Source: Proteromonas lacertae (lineage: Eukaryota). Taken from it: a stretch of 38,872 bases of DNA. Numbering within the stretch: position 1 is the stretch's first letter; the number at the start of each line of letters is the position of its first letter. Below are positions 23,601 to 35,400 of the stretch, piece after piece. The notes beneath the pieces were generated by a model. It made no database searches. It worked only from the letters and a program-made list of their open reading frames with translations, and had not been told where the DNA came from. A program made the translations under genes and the position numbers. The stretch spans positions 124,001 to 162,872 of the forward strand of contig NGBS01000885.1 in the NCBI GenBank assembly GCA_002245135.1, read 5' to 3'.

Positions 23601-26600
23601 ATTTAGTTATGCCTCTAAAGAATTATTTTCAAGATATTTTGATTTATTGAAAAGAAAATATAATTTCTATATTTATAATGAGATAGTTAACAATGATGAA
23701 ATAAAGAATATAAAGAGTGATTATAATAAAGGTTGTGTAATAATGGATTTAGTGAATAATGAATTATCTTTATCTTTATCTGAATCATTATATTCTTTGG
23801 AATCATCTGAAGTAAATTTTGTATATATTCATTATTTTGTTGATGCATATGATACTAAAACAAATGAAAAATATTTTGAGAATCATATATTCTTTGGTTC
23901 TTGGTTTATAGCAGTTGGAACAGGAAGTGAAAGAAAATATGAAAAAGCGAATGAATTTTATATGAAAATGACAAATCGATTTGGTTCTTATTTCAAATTA
24001 GTTCAATCAACAGAAGCTGCTTATACAGCTGTAAAACTGTGGGAAATGGGAGTAAGAGAATCTTATAGTTTTGATCCAACATCAGTAAGAAAAGGAATGG
24101 TAGGAGTAAAGAAAGAGATAGGATCGAATTTTGTTGAATTAATGTCAAATAACTATATCTCTCGATCATTCTATGCAGCTAAAATAATGAATGGAAAAGT
24201 GGAGATAATAGCTAGTCCAACTGGTTTATTAGATCCAAATCCATTTTCTAGTGTAATGGAAGGAAATGAAGGTAAACAATGTGATTTTATAAATGAGAAT
24301 GGAATCTATATAAAATCCAATATAATTCATTTATTATTAATACTAGAGAAAGATTATCCTGTAAAAGAAGAAATAACAAATGCATATTTTGGATTTGATT
24401 ATTCTGTAGAATCTTCTAATTCAGTTGGTGGAATAAATGGTTATTATATAGTGTATGATAGTTTAATGTTGAATAGTGATGAGTTAGAAAACAAAACAAT
24501 GGAATATGTAAGTCGATTAGATGATAGTAAAAATGATAATAGTTTATACTATTTGGGAATATTTGGGTGTTTAGGAAGTGAATGTCGAAAAATGGTGAGT
24601 AAAATGAGTGAAGAATATAAAGTGATGTATTTCTATTTTGGTGAAAGTGAAGGTGAATATTTTTCTAAATATACTGTAACAGTAGGTAATACTCTAATTC
24701 AGAAAGTGAGTGTAGCAGCTGATTATTTGAAAGACAGATATAAGAATTTCTTTATATTGATAGATGAAGAAAATGAATATCTTTTTATTTTATTTTATTT
24801 ATGTTATATATATTTATAATCTTTAATTGAAGTTGATTATTTACAGAAGAATATTTTGGTCCATTTAATACAATATTCAACTCAGGAGAAATTCAATTAA
24901 CTAGTTTTACCATCTTATCTGAAACAGTTCATTGTGAAACAATAATGAGAAATTTTGCCAAATTAGTAAATATTTATGATCATTTAATAAGTATAATGTT
25001 TATATGTTTATTGTATTATTTATAGTTATAACAGCACTAAGTGAAGAACATTTAGCTGATTGTATTCCAGTATATAATAGTTACAAACTACAATCAAAGA
25101 GATTTTATTTATTATTTATGAATTACAATCATTATGCTTATCAATTATATGATTTGAAAGAGTTAAATGGATGTTATATTTCTGCATCATATCATGAAGA
25201 TATTAGTTCAATTTTGAATTATGCCTTTATAACAAATGCTCGAAATAATTATCGATCTGATTTTTATGTTTCAAGTGTATATGAAACAGCTTATTCAACA
25301 CTTACATATTATGAAGCAGCTGTAAATAGTGCAATTGCTCATTATAAAGAAGATATTGGTGATAATAAAGAAAATAATGAAGAAAATAATAATGAAACAT
25401 CATCAAATAGAGTATTATATTCAAATAATGATGATAATGAAATGAAAAAATCGTATATACATACAAGTATAAGAAGTATATATGAAGATAGAATATTAGA
25501 CACAATAATAATAAAACCAAATGAAACAGTCAGTTCTAATGATTCAAAAACAGTAAATAATAATTGGCCAAATAATGAATATATTCGATTATCTTTACCA
25601 TATTTAAAAGTGTCGTTACCTTCAGGAACATCATCACTTGATGATTCAAACTATGCAATTCGTTCAATGTATTTAATTGAGATAGGAAATGAAGGTCAAT
25701 TTATTCAAGTGTATCCTTCATTGGGAAATAGTAAACAATATCAACCAGTTCCATTTTCTAGTGGTAATATTGATGAACGAGATTATAATATAGCTGATGT
25801 AAGAATACTTGAATTAGATGAAGTATTAAAATATGCTTCACTTGGATTAGCTGGAATGAATATGATGTTAATAGTGTTAATAGTGATATTTGTGATAAAA
25901 TATCGACATAAAAGAATAATAAAATGTGTATCTCCTTTGTGGAATTATTTATATTTATTAAGTTATGTGATATGTATAGTTGGTTCAACAACGTTATATT
26001 TTACTCCTAGTAGTGGAAATAATAGTTTGTGTTATACTCGAATAATATTAATAATTTTTGGATTAACATGTGTAGAAAGTGTGATAATGGCGAAAGTGTT
26101 AAAATTGAAGCGAATAAAAAGAAATAAGATTCGAAAGATTCGAATTCGTGTGATGTCCTTTTTGTGGAATTTCTGTGTTGCTTTTATTCCCAATGCGTTA
26201 TTAGTGATATTATATATATTTGTAGCTCCTTCTGAGTATAATTTGAGATTAATAGATACAGAAAGTACATTTTTATTAAAGAGTTATGTAGAAGAATGTA
26301 GTGAGAATGATACATTTGTGTATAATAATAATAATAATAATATATATATAATAGGATAATTATTGGTGGTTGGAATGGAATTTATATGGCTTTAATGACA
26401 ATAATTTCATTTACAGTGCGAAAAGTGGAAGATGAATTTTCTGATTCAATGTCAATATTCCTTGTATGTCTATTGATATATATCTTTTTTAAAAAATGAA
26501 ATATTTAATAGATTTACCTTAATAATATTTTTTACTCTTTTTAATGTTAATATTATTCTGTTTAGAATATGTAACAAGTGATGATCAAAAATCTCTTTTA

Positions 26601-26834
26601 TTACTTCGAGGTTTAGGATATGGATTATTAATCTTATTAACATTAATAATCGAATATTTACCGAAAGTAATCTATTGTTTTTCAAGTGAAGAAGCCTTAG
26701 AATCTACGAACAGTTTAACGAATGATATTTCTAAGAGTAAAAGTATAGTAAATAAGACAACAACAACCATGATGACAAGCAGATCAGTTGTGACATTGAA
26801 TTCTCATAAAGATCCTTTAAAAAGAAAACATTAA
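14629..26834 (+). CDS. Giant (~3,905 aa) class C GPCR-like receptor with nine tandem UrtA/AmiC-like periplasmic-binding domains
   Basis: Signal peptide MNYHFLRFILLLLLFTQVSC. Introns: ~15043-15078 (in frame, optional), 15540-15574, 15963-15995, 16153-16186, 17449-17508 (AT-AC), 17604-17634, 18302-18334, 18524-18555, 24777-24844 (AT-AC), 24991-25025, 26320-26354, 26480-26535 (AT-AC). These give one frame of 11,718 nt. A repeated (Y/F)..EG.EC..NI.Y.G motif occurs in the ectodomain. The C-terminus has 7tm_3 hallmarks: KRIIKCVSP, LCYTR, IMAK, EEC, VRKVEDEFSDS, YLPKV. Confidence 0.85.
17449..17508 (+). other. U12-type AT-AC intron (60 nt, phase 0)
   Basis: 5' ATATCTTT, branch TTCTTTAAC, 3' TTTTTTAC. 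Gives NIMV|YSRVNE in frame. The nearby GT-AG option gives an immediate stop. Confidence 0.85.
24777..24844 (+). other. U12-type AT-AC intron (68 nt, phase 2)
   Basis: 5' ATATCTTT, branch-like ATCTTTAAT, 3' ATTTAC. Gives DEENE|EEYFGPF in frame with the next exon. Confidence 0.8.
26480..26535 (+). other. U12-type AT-AC intron (56 nt, phase 1) within TM6
   Basis: 5' ATATCTTT, branch TACCTTAAT, 3' TTTTTAC. Gives the continuous helix SIFLVCLLI|FFLMLILF. The GT-AG alternative runs into TAA. Confidence 0.85.
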
Positions 26835-26921
26835 TTTTTATATTATGATTATGTGTTAAAGATTATATAATAATAAAAAATTGATAAAATTTTAGTTATT
26901 ATTGAAATTACATTTGTGACA

Positions 26922-29335
26922 CTGGGGTCGGCAGGACGGGGACAGGACGAGGGATAGGGACGGGACACGTCCCGGGACAAAACCCTATCGGGACGTCCAT
27001 TTCCTCACGCTCAACTACCAATATGAGATATTATTCTATAGAATCTTAAATTTTTTTTTAATTTTTGTAAAAAATAAATTAATAATAAAAAAGAAATATA
27101 ATTAATAAGTTGGGCTTTGTGGTGGTCTGATATATTCATCATAATCACTTTCTTCATCTTCATCATCATCTTCATCATAATCGTCATGGTCATAACTATC
27201 TTCATTTGTAGTTATTCTGTCATTCAGTTGTTTCATTTTTATTCTCATCATATTATTAATTAAACTAATATTGAGTTTGTTCCTTGTTTTATTATGAATA
27301 AATGACTCAATACTAAACGTTCTTTCAATATATGCAGAACTTGTAGGGATTATGTTTAGATAATCAAATATTCTTTTCAAGTTGGGAAAATAACATCCGT
27401 AGCTATTGTACCATATCTTCGGATTCATTTCCTTCGAATTATCAAAAATATCAGCTGGAGACCTTCCATATCTCATTCTATTTTCAAAATAATATAACTC
27501 TTCTGTAAGCTTTTTATCACAAATATGAGAAAATCTATTTAAAATGTATCTTTTTATACTATTAACAATTCTTTCATTAAATTTTTTGGAACTACTCACG
27601 TCTAAATACTCACTTAATATCAATATGCTATAATTGATTAGTTTCTTCTCTTTTTGATATATTACACTTATTTTTTCTTTTTCTGTGCTACTCATTCTAC
27701 ATAGATCCTTTTTAGCTTTAGAGAGTACTTTATATGCAAATGAAAGAGTAGAATTGTCTCTACTCAAATATTGAACTTTTTGGTATATATATTCTGTAAT
27801 ATTATATAATTCTTTAATTATAGGTATTTCATTCTTATCTAATAAGTTAATTCTTACAAGTATCTCTTGATTATCTAACACACCTTTAAAAAGCTGGAAG
27901 TAACTACTCCAGCGAGTAGTAACTCCCTTTCTTATTTGTATATACTTTTTCAATTTATTGAATATTATTGTTCTAATCGTAACTGACGTATTTAGCTTAT
28001 GAGCTATTGTATTACATTTATCTAAAATAGGTTTATATTTATTAAGCTCCAAAACTTTCTTGCAAACTAAATTAAGTGTGTGACTAATACAGCCACAAAT
28101 AATCACAGGAGTATTGTTTATACTCTGGATTATCTTGCCTACACGCTTCATGGTGTAGTTGTTGTCGCTGCTAACTGCCACAATTTTATCAAGAGTAATA
28201 CCATATTTTAATAACGTAGTCTCTATTAGTTTGACTATATTTTTGGCTGTTTCATTCTCATCAATAAATACTGATTCGAGAAAGTAAATATTAATTTGTT
28301 TCACAGCAATATTTATGATGGATCTATTATTTGTATTAGTCCATCCATCTATTATAATACACATTTTTTCATTGGGTTTAATGCATTCTTTTACTATCTT
28401 CTCACCTTCTTCTTTAATTATATCTTTAACAGACTTGATTGAACCAAGTTTCAATGGAAGGGTTGATAGATTTGATTAAGTTTTTAAATGTTTTTGATTC
28501 AATCAACTTAAAACTACATGAATTCTCTATAATAAAATCAGCTAAATAACCGTTAATCTTTCTCTGATTGTATTTTGTTAGATCCAGTTTTTCTTGAACA
28601 ATTTTACTTTTTTTGCAGCTAATAAATTATAATCTATATATATTATACTTTTTCACATGTCTTTTTAAGCAAGTGGCATGACATACAACCATTTCTTTAC
28701 ATGTTTTACATTCAATTCTTTTCGACTTTTCAGTAGGTTTGGTTATGCTTACGTTTGTATTGAAGTAGTTATATACTTGATCATAAGGTCTTTTTACTGC
28801 AGACATTATAAAATGCAGCTTGAAAAATTCAAGTTTTTTGATAATTTTATCTTATTCTCTATAAACAGTCAATACGATTTGATATTTTGTATTAAAATTT
28901 ATTTTATTAACATAACCCATGCAAATTAAAAAATATTTAAAAAATAGATAATTTATAATTAGCTATAATTAATGTATGTTATATTTGATGTATAATTATA
29001 TATAATAACTAATTACTATTAATTAATGCATTTAAATCATATTCAGAGGTTATTCAGACCATATTATTTTGATCATTAGAAAACATATGATTATTGCATC
29101 ATATAATTATATATATGTCCTTATTAACTATATTTCAGACTATTTATGCCATAATTATGAAAAATGAAACCAAAAAATATCGGGACAGAGAAAATATGCT
29201 CTACCGCTTACTCCTTACGGATTATACTGTCCTTGGACAAAATGGACAGGTTCGATTTCCGTACAGAGGAAGCGAGAGTGGAACGGGACAGGGGACGGGA
29301 CAAAAGCAAAAAGGACGTCCCTCTGCCGACCCCAG
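26922..29335 (-). mobile_element. hAT-superfamily DNA transposon (2,414 bp) with 13-bp TIRs and 8-bp TSD
   Basis: TIR CTGGGGTCGGCAG at 26922-26934 and its reverse complement at 29323-29335. Direct repeat TTGTGACA at 26914-26921 and 29336-29343. GGGAC/GGAC subterminal repeats at both ends and an internal hAT transposase. Confidence 0.95.
27102..28806 (-). pseudogene. hAT transposase with BED zinc finger, 30-nt intron and a 1-nt frameshift near 28456
   Basis: ATG at 28806: MSAVKRP...ECKTCKEMVVCHATCLKRHVK|NC (intron 28619-28648), then LADFIIENSCSFKLIESKTFKNLIKSINPS. It then shifts frame into ORF 27102-28454, which has IDGWT, SSDN, CISH, TRWSS and SSAYIERTFS (DDE core and dimerisation domain). 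The frameshift may be a sequencing error. Confidence 0.8.
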
Positions 29336-29485
29336 TTGTGACATGGTTTTATTATTCAAACACAATCGAGGTATGATGAATCTCACTCTTTTCTCAACAT
29401 CAAATGTTATTATTAAAAAAACACATTTCAAAAACAAAATAATATATATCTAAACTTTTAACATCTACATCACTATTTTAGTATC

Positions 29486-32400
29486 TAACATATAATCATA
29501 ATATAAAAATTAATGTTTTCTTTTTAAAGGATCTTTATGAGAATTCAATGTCACAACTGATCTGCTTGTCATCATGGTTGTTGTTGTCTTATTTACTATA
29601 CTTTTACTCTTAGAAATATCATTCGTTAAACTGTTCGTAGATTCTAAGGCTTCTTCACTTGAAAAACAATAGATTACTTTCGGTAAATATTCGATTATTA
29701 ATGTTAATAAGATTAATAATCCATATCCTAAACCTCGAAGTAATAAAAGAGATTTTTGATCATCACTTGTTACATATTCTAAACAGAATAATATTAACAT
29801 TAAAAAGAGTAAAAAATATTATTAAGGTAAATCTATTAAATATTTCATTTTTTAAAAAAGATATATATCAATAGACATACAAGGAATATTGACATTGAAT
29901 CAGAAAATTCATCTTCCACTTTTCGCACTGTAAATGAAATTATTGTCATTAAAGCCATATAAATTCCATTCCAACCACCAATAATTATCCTATTATATAT
30001 ATATTATTATTATTATTATTATACACAAATGTATCATTCTCACTACATTCTTCTACATAACTCTTTAATAAAAATGTACTTTCTGTATCTATTAATCTCA
30101 AATTATACTCAGAAGGAGCTACAAATATATATAATATCACTAATAACGCATTGGGAATAAAAGCAACACAGAAATTCCACAAAAAGGACATCACACGAAT
30201 TCGAATCTTTCGAATCTTATTTCTTTTTATTCGCTTCAATTTTAACACTTTCGCCATTATCACACTTTCTACACATGTTAATCCAAAAATTATTAATATT
30301 ATTCGAGTATAACACAAACTATTATTTCCACTACTAGGAGTAAAATATAACGTTGTTGAACCAACTATACATATCACATAACTTAATAAATATAAATAAT
30401 TCCACAAAGGAGATACACATTTTATTATTCTTTTATGTCGATATTTTATCACAAATATCACTATTAACACTATTAACATCATATTCATTCCAGCTAATCC
30501 AAGTGAAGCATATTTTAATACTTCATCTAATTCAAGTATTCTTACATCAGCTATATTATAATCTCGTTCATCAATATTACCACTAGAAAATGGAACTGGT
30601 TGATATTGTTTACTATTTCCCAATGAAGGATACACTTGAATAAATTGACCTTCATTTCCTATCTCAATTAAATACATTGAACGAATTGCATAGTTTGAAT
30701 CATCAAGTGATGATGTTCCTGAAGGTAACGACACTTTTAAATATGGTAAAGATAATCGAATATATTCATTATTTGGCCAATTATTATTTACTGTTTTTGA
30801 ATCATTAGAACTGACTGTTTCATTTGGTTTTATTATTATTGTGTCTAATATTCTATCTTCATATATACTTCTTATACTTGTATGTATATACGATTTTTTC
30901 ATTTCATTATCATCATTATTTGAATATAATACTCTATTTGATGATGTTTCATTATTATTTTCTTCATTATTTTCTTTATTATCACCAATATCTTCTTTAT
31001 AATGAGCAATTGCACTATTTACAGCTGCTTCATAATATGTAAGTGTTGAATAAGCTGTTTCATATACACTTGAAACATAAAAATCAGATCGATAATTATT
31101 TCGAGCATTTGTTATAAAGGCATAATTCAAAATTGAACTAATATCTTCATGATATGATGCAGAAATATAACATCCATTTAACTCTTTCAAATCATATAAT
31201 TGATAAGCATAATGATTGTAATTCATAAATAATAAATAAAATCTCTTTGATTGTAGTTTGTAACTATTATATACTGGAATACAATCAGCTAAATGTTCTT
31301 CACTTAGTGCTGTTATAACTATAAATAATACAATAAACATATAAACATTATACTTATTAAATGATCATAAATATTTACTAATTTGGCAAAATTTCTCATT
31401 ATTGTTTCACAATGAACTGTTTCAGATAAGATGGTAAAACTAGTTAATTGAATTTCTCCTGAGTTGAATATTGTATTAAATGGACCAAAATATTCTTCTG
31501 TAAATAATCAACTTCAATTAAAGATTATAAATATATATAACATAAATAAAATAAAATAAAAAGATATTCATTTTCTTCATCTATCAATATAAAGAAATTC
31601 TTATATCTGTCTTTCAAATAATCAGCTGCTACACTCACTTTCTGAATTAGAGTATTACCTACTGTTACAGTATATTTAGAAAAATATTCACCTTCACTTT
31701 CACCAAAATAGAAATACATCACTTTATATTCTTCACTCATTTTACTCACCATTTTTCGACATTCACTTCCTAAACACCCAAATATTCCCAAATAGTATAA
31801 ACTATTATCATTTTTACTATCATCTAATCGACTTACATATTCCATTGTTTTGTTTTCTAACTCATCACTATTCAACATTAAACTATCATACACTATATAA
31901 TAACCATTTATTCCACCAACTGAATTAGAAGATTCTACAGAATAATCAAATCCAAAATATGCATTTGTTATTTCTTCTTTTACAGGATAATCTTTCTCTA
32001 GTATTAATAATAAATGAATTATATTGGATTTTATATAGATTCCATTCTCATTTATAAAATCACATTGTTTACCTTCATTTCCTTCCATTACACTAGAAAA
32101 TGGATTTGGATCTAATAAACCAGTTGGACTAGCTATTATCTCCACTTTTCCATTCATTATTTTAGCTGCATAGAATGATCGAGAGATATAGTTATTTGAC
32201 ATTAATTCAACAAAATTCGATCCTATCTCTTTCTTTACTCCTACCATTCCTTTTCTTACTGATGTTGGATCAAAACTATAAGATTCTCTTACTCCCATTT
32301 CCCACAGTTTTACAGCTGTATAAGCAGCTTCTGTTGATTGAACTAATTTGAAATAAGAACCAAATCGATTTGTCATTTTCATATAAAATTCATTCGCTTT

Positions 32401-35400
32401 TTCATATTTTCTTTCACTTCCTGTTCCAACTGCTATAAACCAAGAACCAAAGAATATATGATTCTCAAAATATTTTTCATTTGTTTTAGTATCATATGCA
32501 TCAACAAAATAATGAATATATACAAAATTTACTTCAGATGATTCCAAAGAATATAATGATTCAGATAAAGATAAAGATAATTCATTATTCACTAAATCCA
32601 TTATTACACAACCTTTATTATAATCACTCTTTATATTCTTTATTTCATCATTGTTAACTATCTCATTATAAATATAGAAATTATATTTTCTTTTCAATAA
32701 ATCAAAATATCTTGAAAATAATTCTTTAGAGGCATAACTAAATTCATCTTTATCATTATAGATTATACAAAATCCTTTTGAATAACTCAATAAAGTAGAT
32801 CGAGAAGCATGAAGTAATTGATTCAAATTAGCTTGATTCACTATTCCATAACTATTACAATTTTCACCTTTCGCTATTCCCATATAAAATAACAATTTCT
32901 TCGCTTTGTTAAAATAAGGAATCATTATATTATATTCTTTATCCCATAAACCACCAAATATTGCATTTACACCTGTTAATGCAGAGGTTTCTTTACTGAT
33001 TGAATCTAATTTCTTTAAATCACTATCACTACTAATTATATCTACTTCAATCTGATTTCCTATTAAACCATTTTCATTTGTATTTATTTCTTCTACTGCA
33101 TATAATATCGCACTTACCATCTCTCGGCCTCTTAATTCATCTCGACCATTCAACGATGCTATTATCTCAATCTTGTTACTTGGTTGTTTGTATTTTGAAC
33201 CTATCTTTGTATCATTTAATACACATTTATATAATCCTGTATTTATAAACTTCTTCCAAGCTTTAGGTCTTCCATTATCATCGATTGCTTTCACTGTTAT
33301 TTTTCCATTTTCATCATTATAATATCGACCTACATACGTTCTTCTTTGGATTATGTTATTTGTTGCTAATTGCCATTTTCCTATTGGAGTTGTATATTCA
33401 TTTTTGTAGAAATATTCTATTCCTATATCTCTGATCGATTTATCATCTTTTCCACTTATTAAATAATAATATCGATTGATTGTTTCAGCCCAAAATAACA
33501 CACAAGAATACATTGATTCATGATATCCATTCACTTCTAAACCACTTGGTAATGGATATCTCAATATATTCTTAAATCCAATATTTCCAATTGATTCGAT
33601 TGAGTTTAAATAATGTCTTAAACAAAAGAATGGTAATAATTTCTTTATTGAACCATTTGATACTGCCAAATGACTTACTTCTTCACATGTTGAGAATGAA
33701 TAAAAAACATATTCATCAGTTGTTACACCTAAATCAACTAAAGCTTCAGATAATAATAAATGAATTCGAGCATTTCCAAAGAATAAAATTGTATTTCCAC
33801 TTGGTAACATTGTCTTTATATTCTTCGCTATTGTACTTAATGACATTATATTCTCATCTAAACTTACGGAATATGTCACACTTCCTTTCAAATAATCGAT
33901 ATATCTTTCAGCATATGTACTGTATTTGATTGAAGTAGATTCAGATGTTCCAATTATTGCAAAATTCTTTAATCCTTGGTTTAATAATCTCATTATATAG
34001 ATTTCTATAGAGGTTGGTTCTAATCCAATATGAATTATATTCTTTTCACAACTTTCACCTCCAAATAATCCAATATGAAATAGTTTTATATTCTTTTCAT
34101 TCAATTTGGGTAATATCATTTCTAAACACATTGAATTACTCGTACTAAATACCACATCATATTCATTCGTATTTAACGCTTCATTTAAACTGTTAAAACA
34201 TATTGTTGAATCACTTTGATCATCAATTATTAAATAATCAACTTGTTTGTTATTGTTTATTCCTCCCAAATTATTTAATTGGATTATTGCTTCTTTAAAT
34301 GTTTCAGATATACCTACATAATCAGAATAATATATTCCTGAATTTGAAGTTACTAATATCACATGAATTATCTCTGTTGTGGATGTTGCACCACCATCAT
34401 CATTATTGATATTTTCATTATTTATTAAGGTTGTTGTATCACACATTTTTCCATAATTTTCTGCAACATTCCAATCAAATGCTTTAGGAATTGATCTTTG
34501 AACTGTTTTTACTACTTCTATTCCTTTTCCACTGTATTTATATACATACATATCTCGAACTAAATAATTACTCTTATCAAACCAAGTAGTTTGATCAGAA
34601 TTTAGATATATACTGTATAAGTATTGTTTTAATATCAACAAATTTAAACTACCAGCATTACTCATTGCACTGATTATTGCATTTATTCCTATTGACATGG
34701 AAATTCCATCATCAGTTGTTTTGTAAAATCCAATATATTTCAATAATCGAGCTTCAGTTCTTTGAATTATATCACTACTTGTTACTGCACTATCTACACT
34801 TGAAACATAATAGAATTGATAAGGAATTCGATTATATTTCTTTTCAACTTCATCAGCATAGATTGACATTGAAAATATATAATAATTATTTTCATCAGGA
34901 TTGAGTTTCTCTAAAGTTTCTATTAATGAAAAGAATGGCTTTTTACTTAAGAAACTAACAATTATTCCTCCATTACTTACACTTAAAGAATTGATTAATT
35001 GTTTTACTGTTTCCATCGAAAAGCGTTCAGTTTCTTGCATACTGAACTTTTGAACTACTCTCATTGAAGATGTGATTGAATTAACAAATACTTCATAGAA
35101 TTTATCCCAACTTGGATTTGGAGTATTAATTAAGATTATGTTTGCTTTATTTGTATTTTCCATATAAGAGATTGTTGTATCAATTACTTGATTGATTATT
35201 GGACCGGTATAAAATACATTCTTATAACATTTTTCACCTATAAATCTTCCACTAACTATCAATAAACTATTATATTCTTCTGTTATTCGAACTGCTATAT
35301 TTCGACAATAATCGGTTGTACATCCAACCATCAAGAAATTCACATTTTCATTCTTTATTCCAACTCCTAATTCATTTATTTCATTCAATAATTTAGTTTT

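Larger units (their letters stand above)
17458..26858 (+). repeat. Left arm of a >=9.4-kb inverted repeat
   Basis: Reverse complement of 29486-38872. Mirrored ORFs satisfy left+right=56344 near the centre. Confidence 0.97.

Noticed and set aside
14629..24819. Bacterial contamination or an ABC transporter operon
   Set aside because: Spliceosomal introns, fusion to a 7TM domain, no permease or ATPase genes, and eukaryotic neighbours.
26931..27000. GC-rich repeats as a CRISPR array or RNA gene
   Set aside because: No repeat-spacer periodicity. They are explained as hAT subterminal motifs.
28678..29453. ORFs 28678-28929, 29094-29453, 29164-29376 and 29222-29437
   Set aside because: Antisense to the BED exon, or produced by GC-rich subterminal repeats. 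Several cross the element boundary.
26858..29486. Idea that the hAT element directly created the palindrome, or that the arms are giant TIRs
   Set aside because: Arm ends lie ~63 and ~150 bp from the element ends and the TSD is intact, which indicates a simple insertion. The arms are host gene sequence.
15152..34904. Many 60-112-aa ORFs antisense to the two receptor copies
   Set aside because: Shadow ORFs with no motifs.
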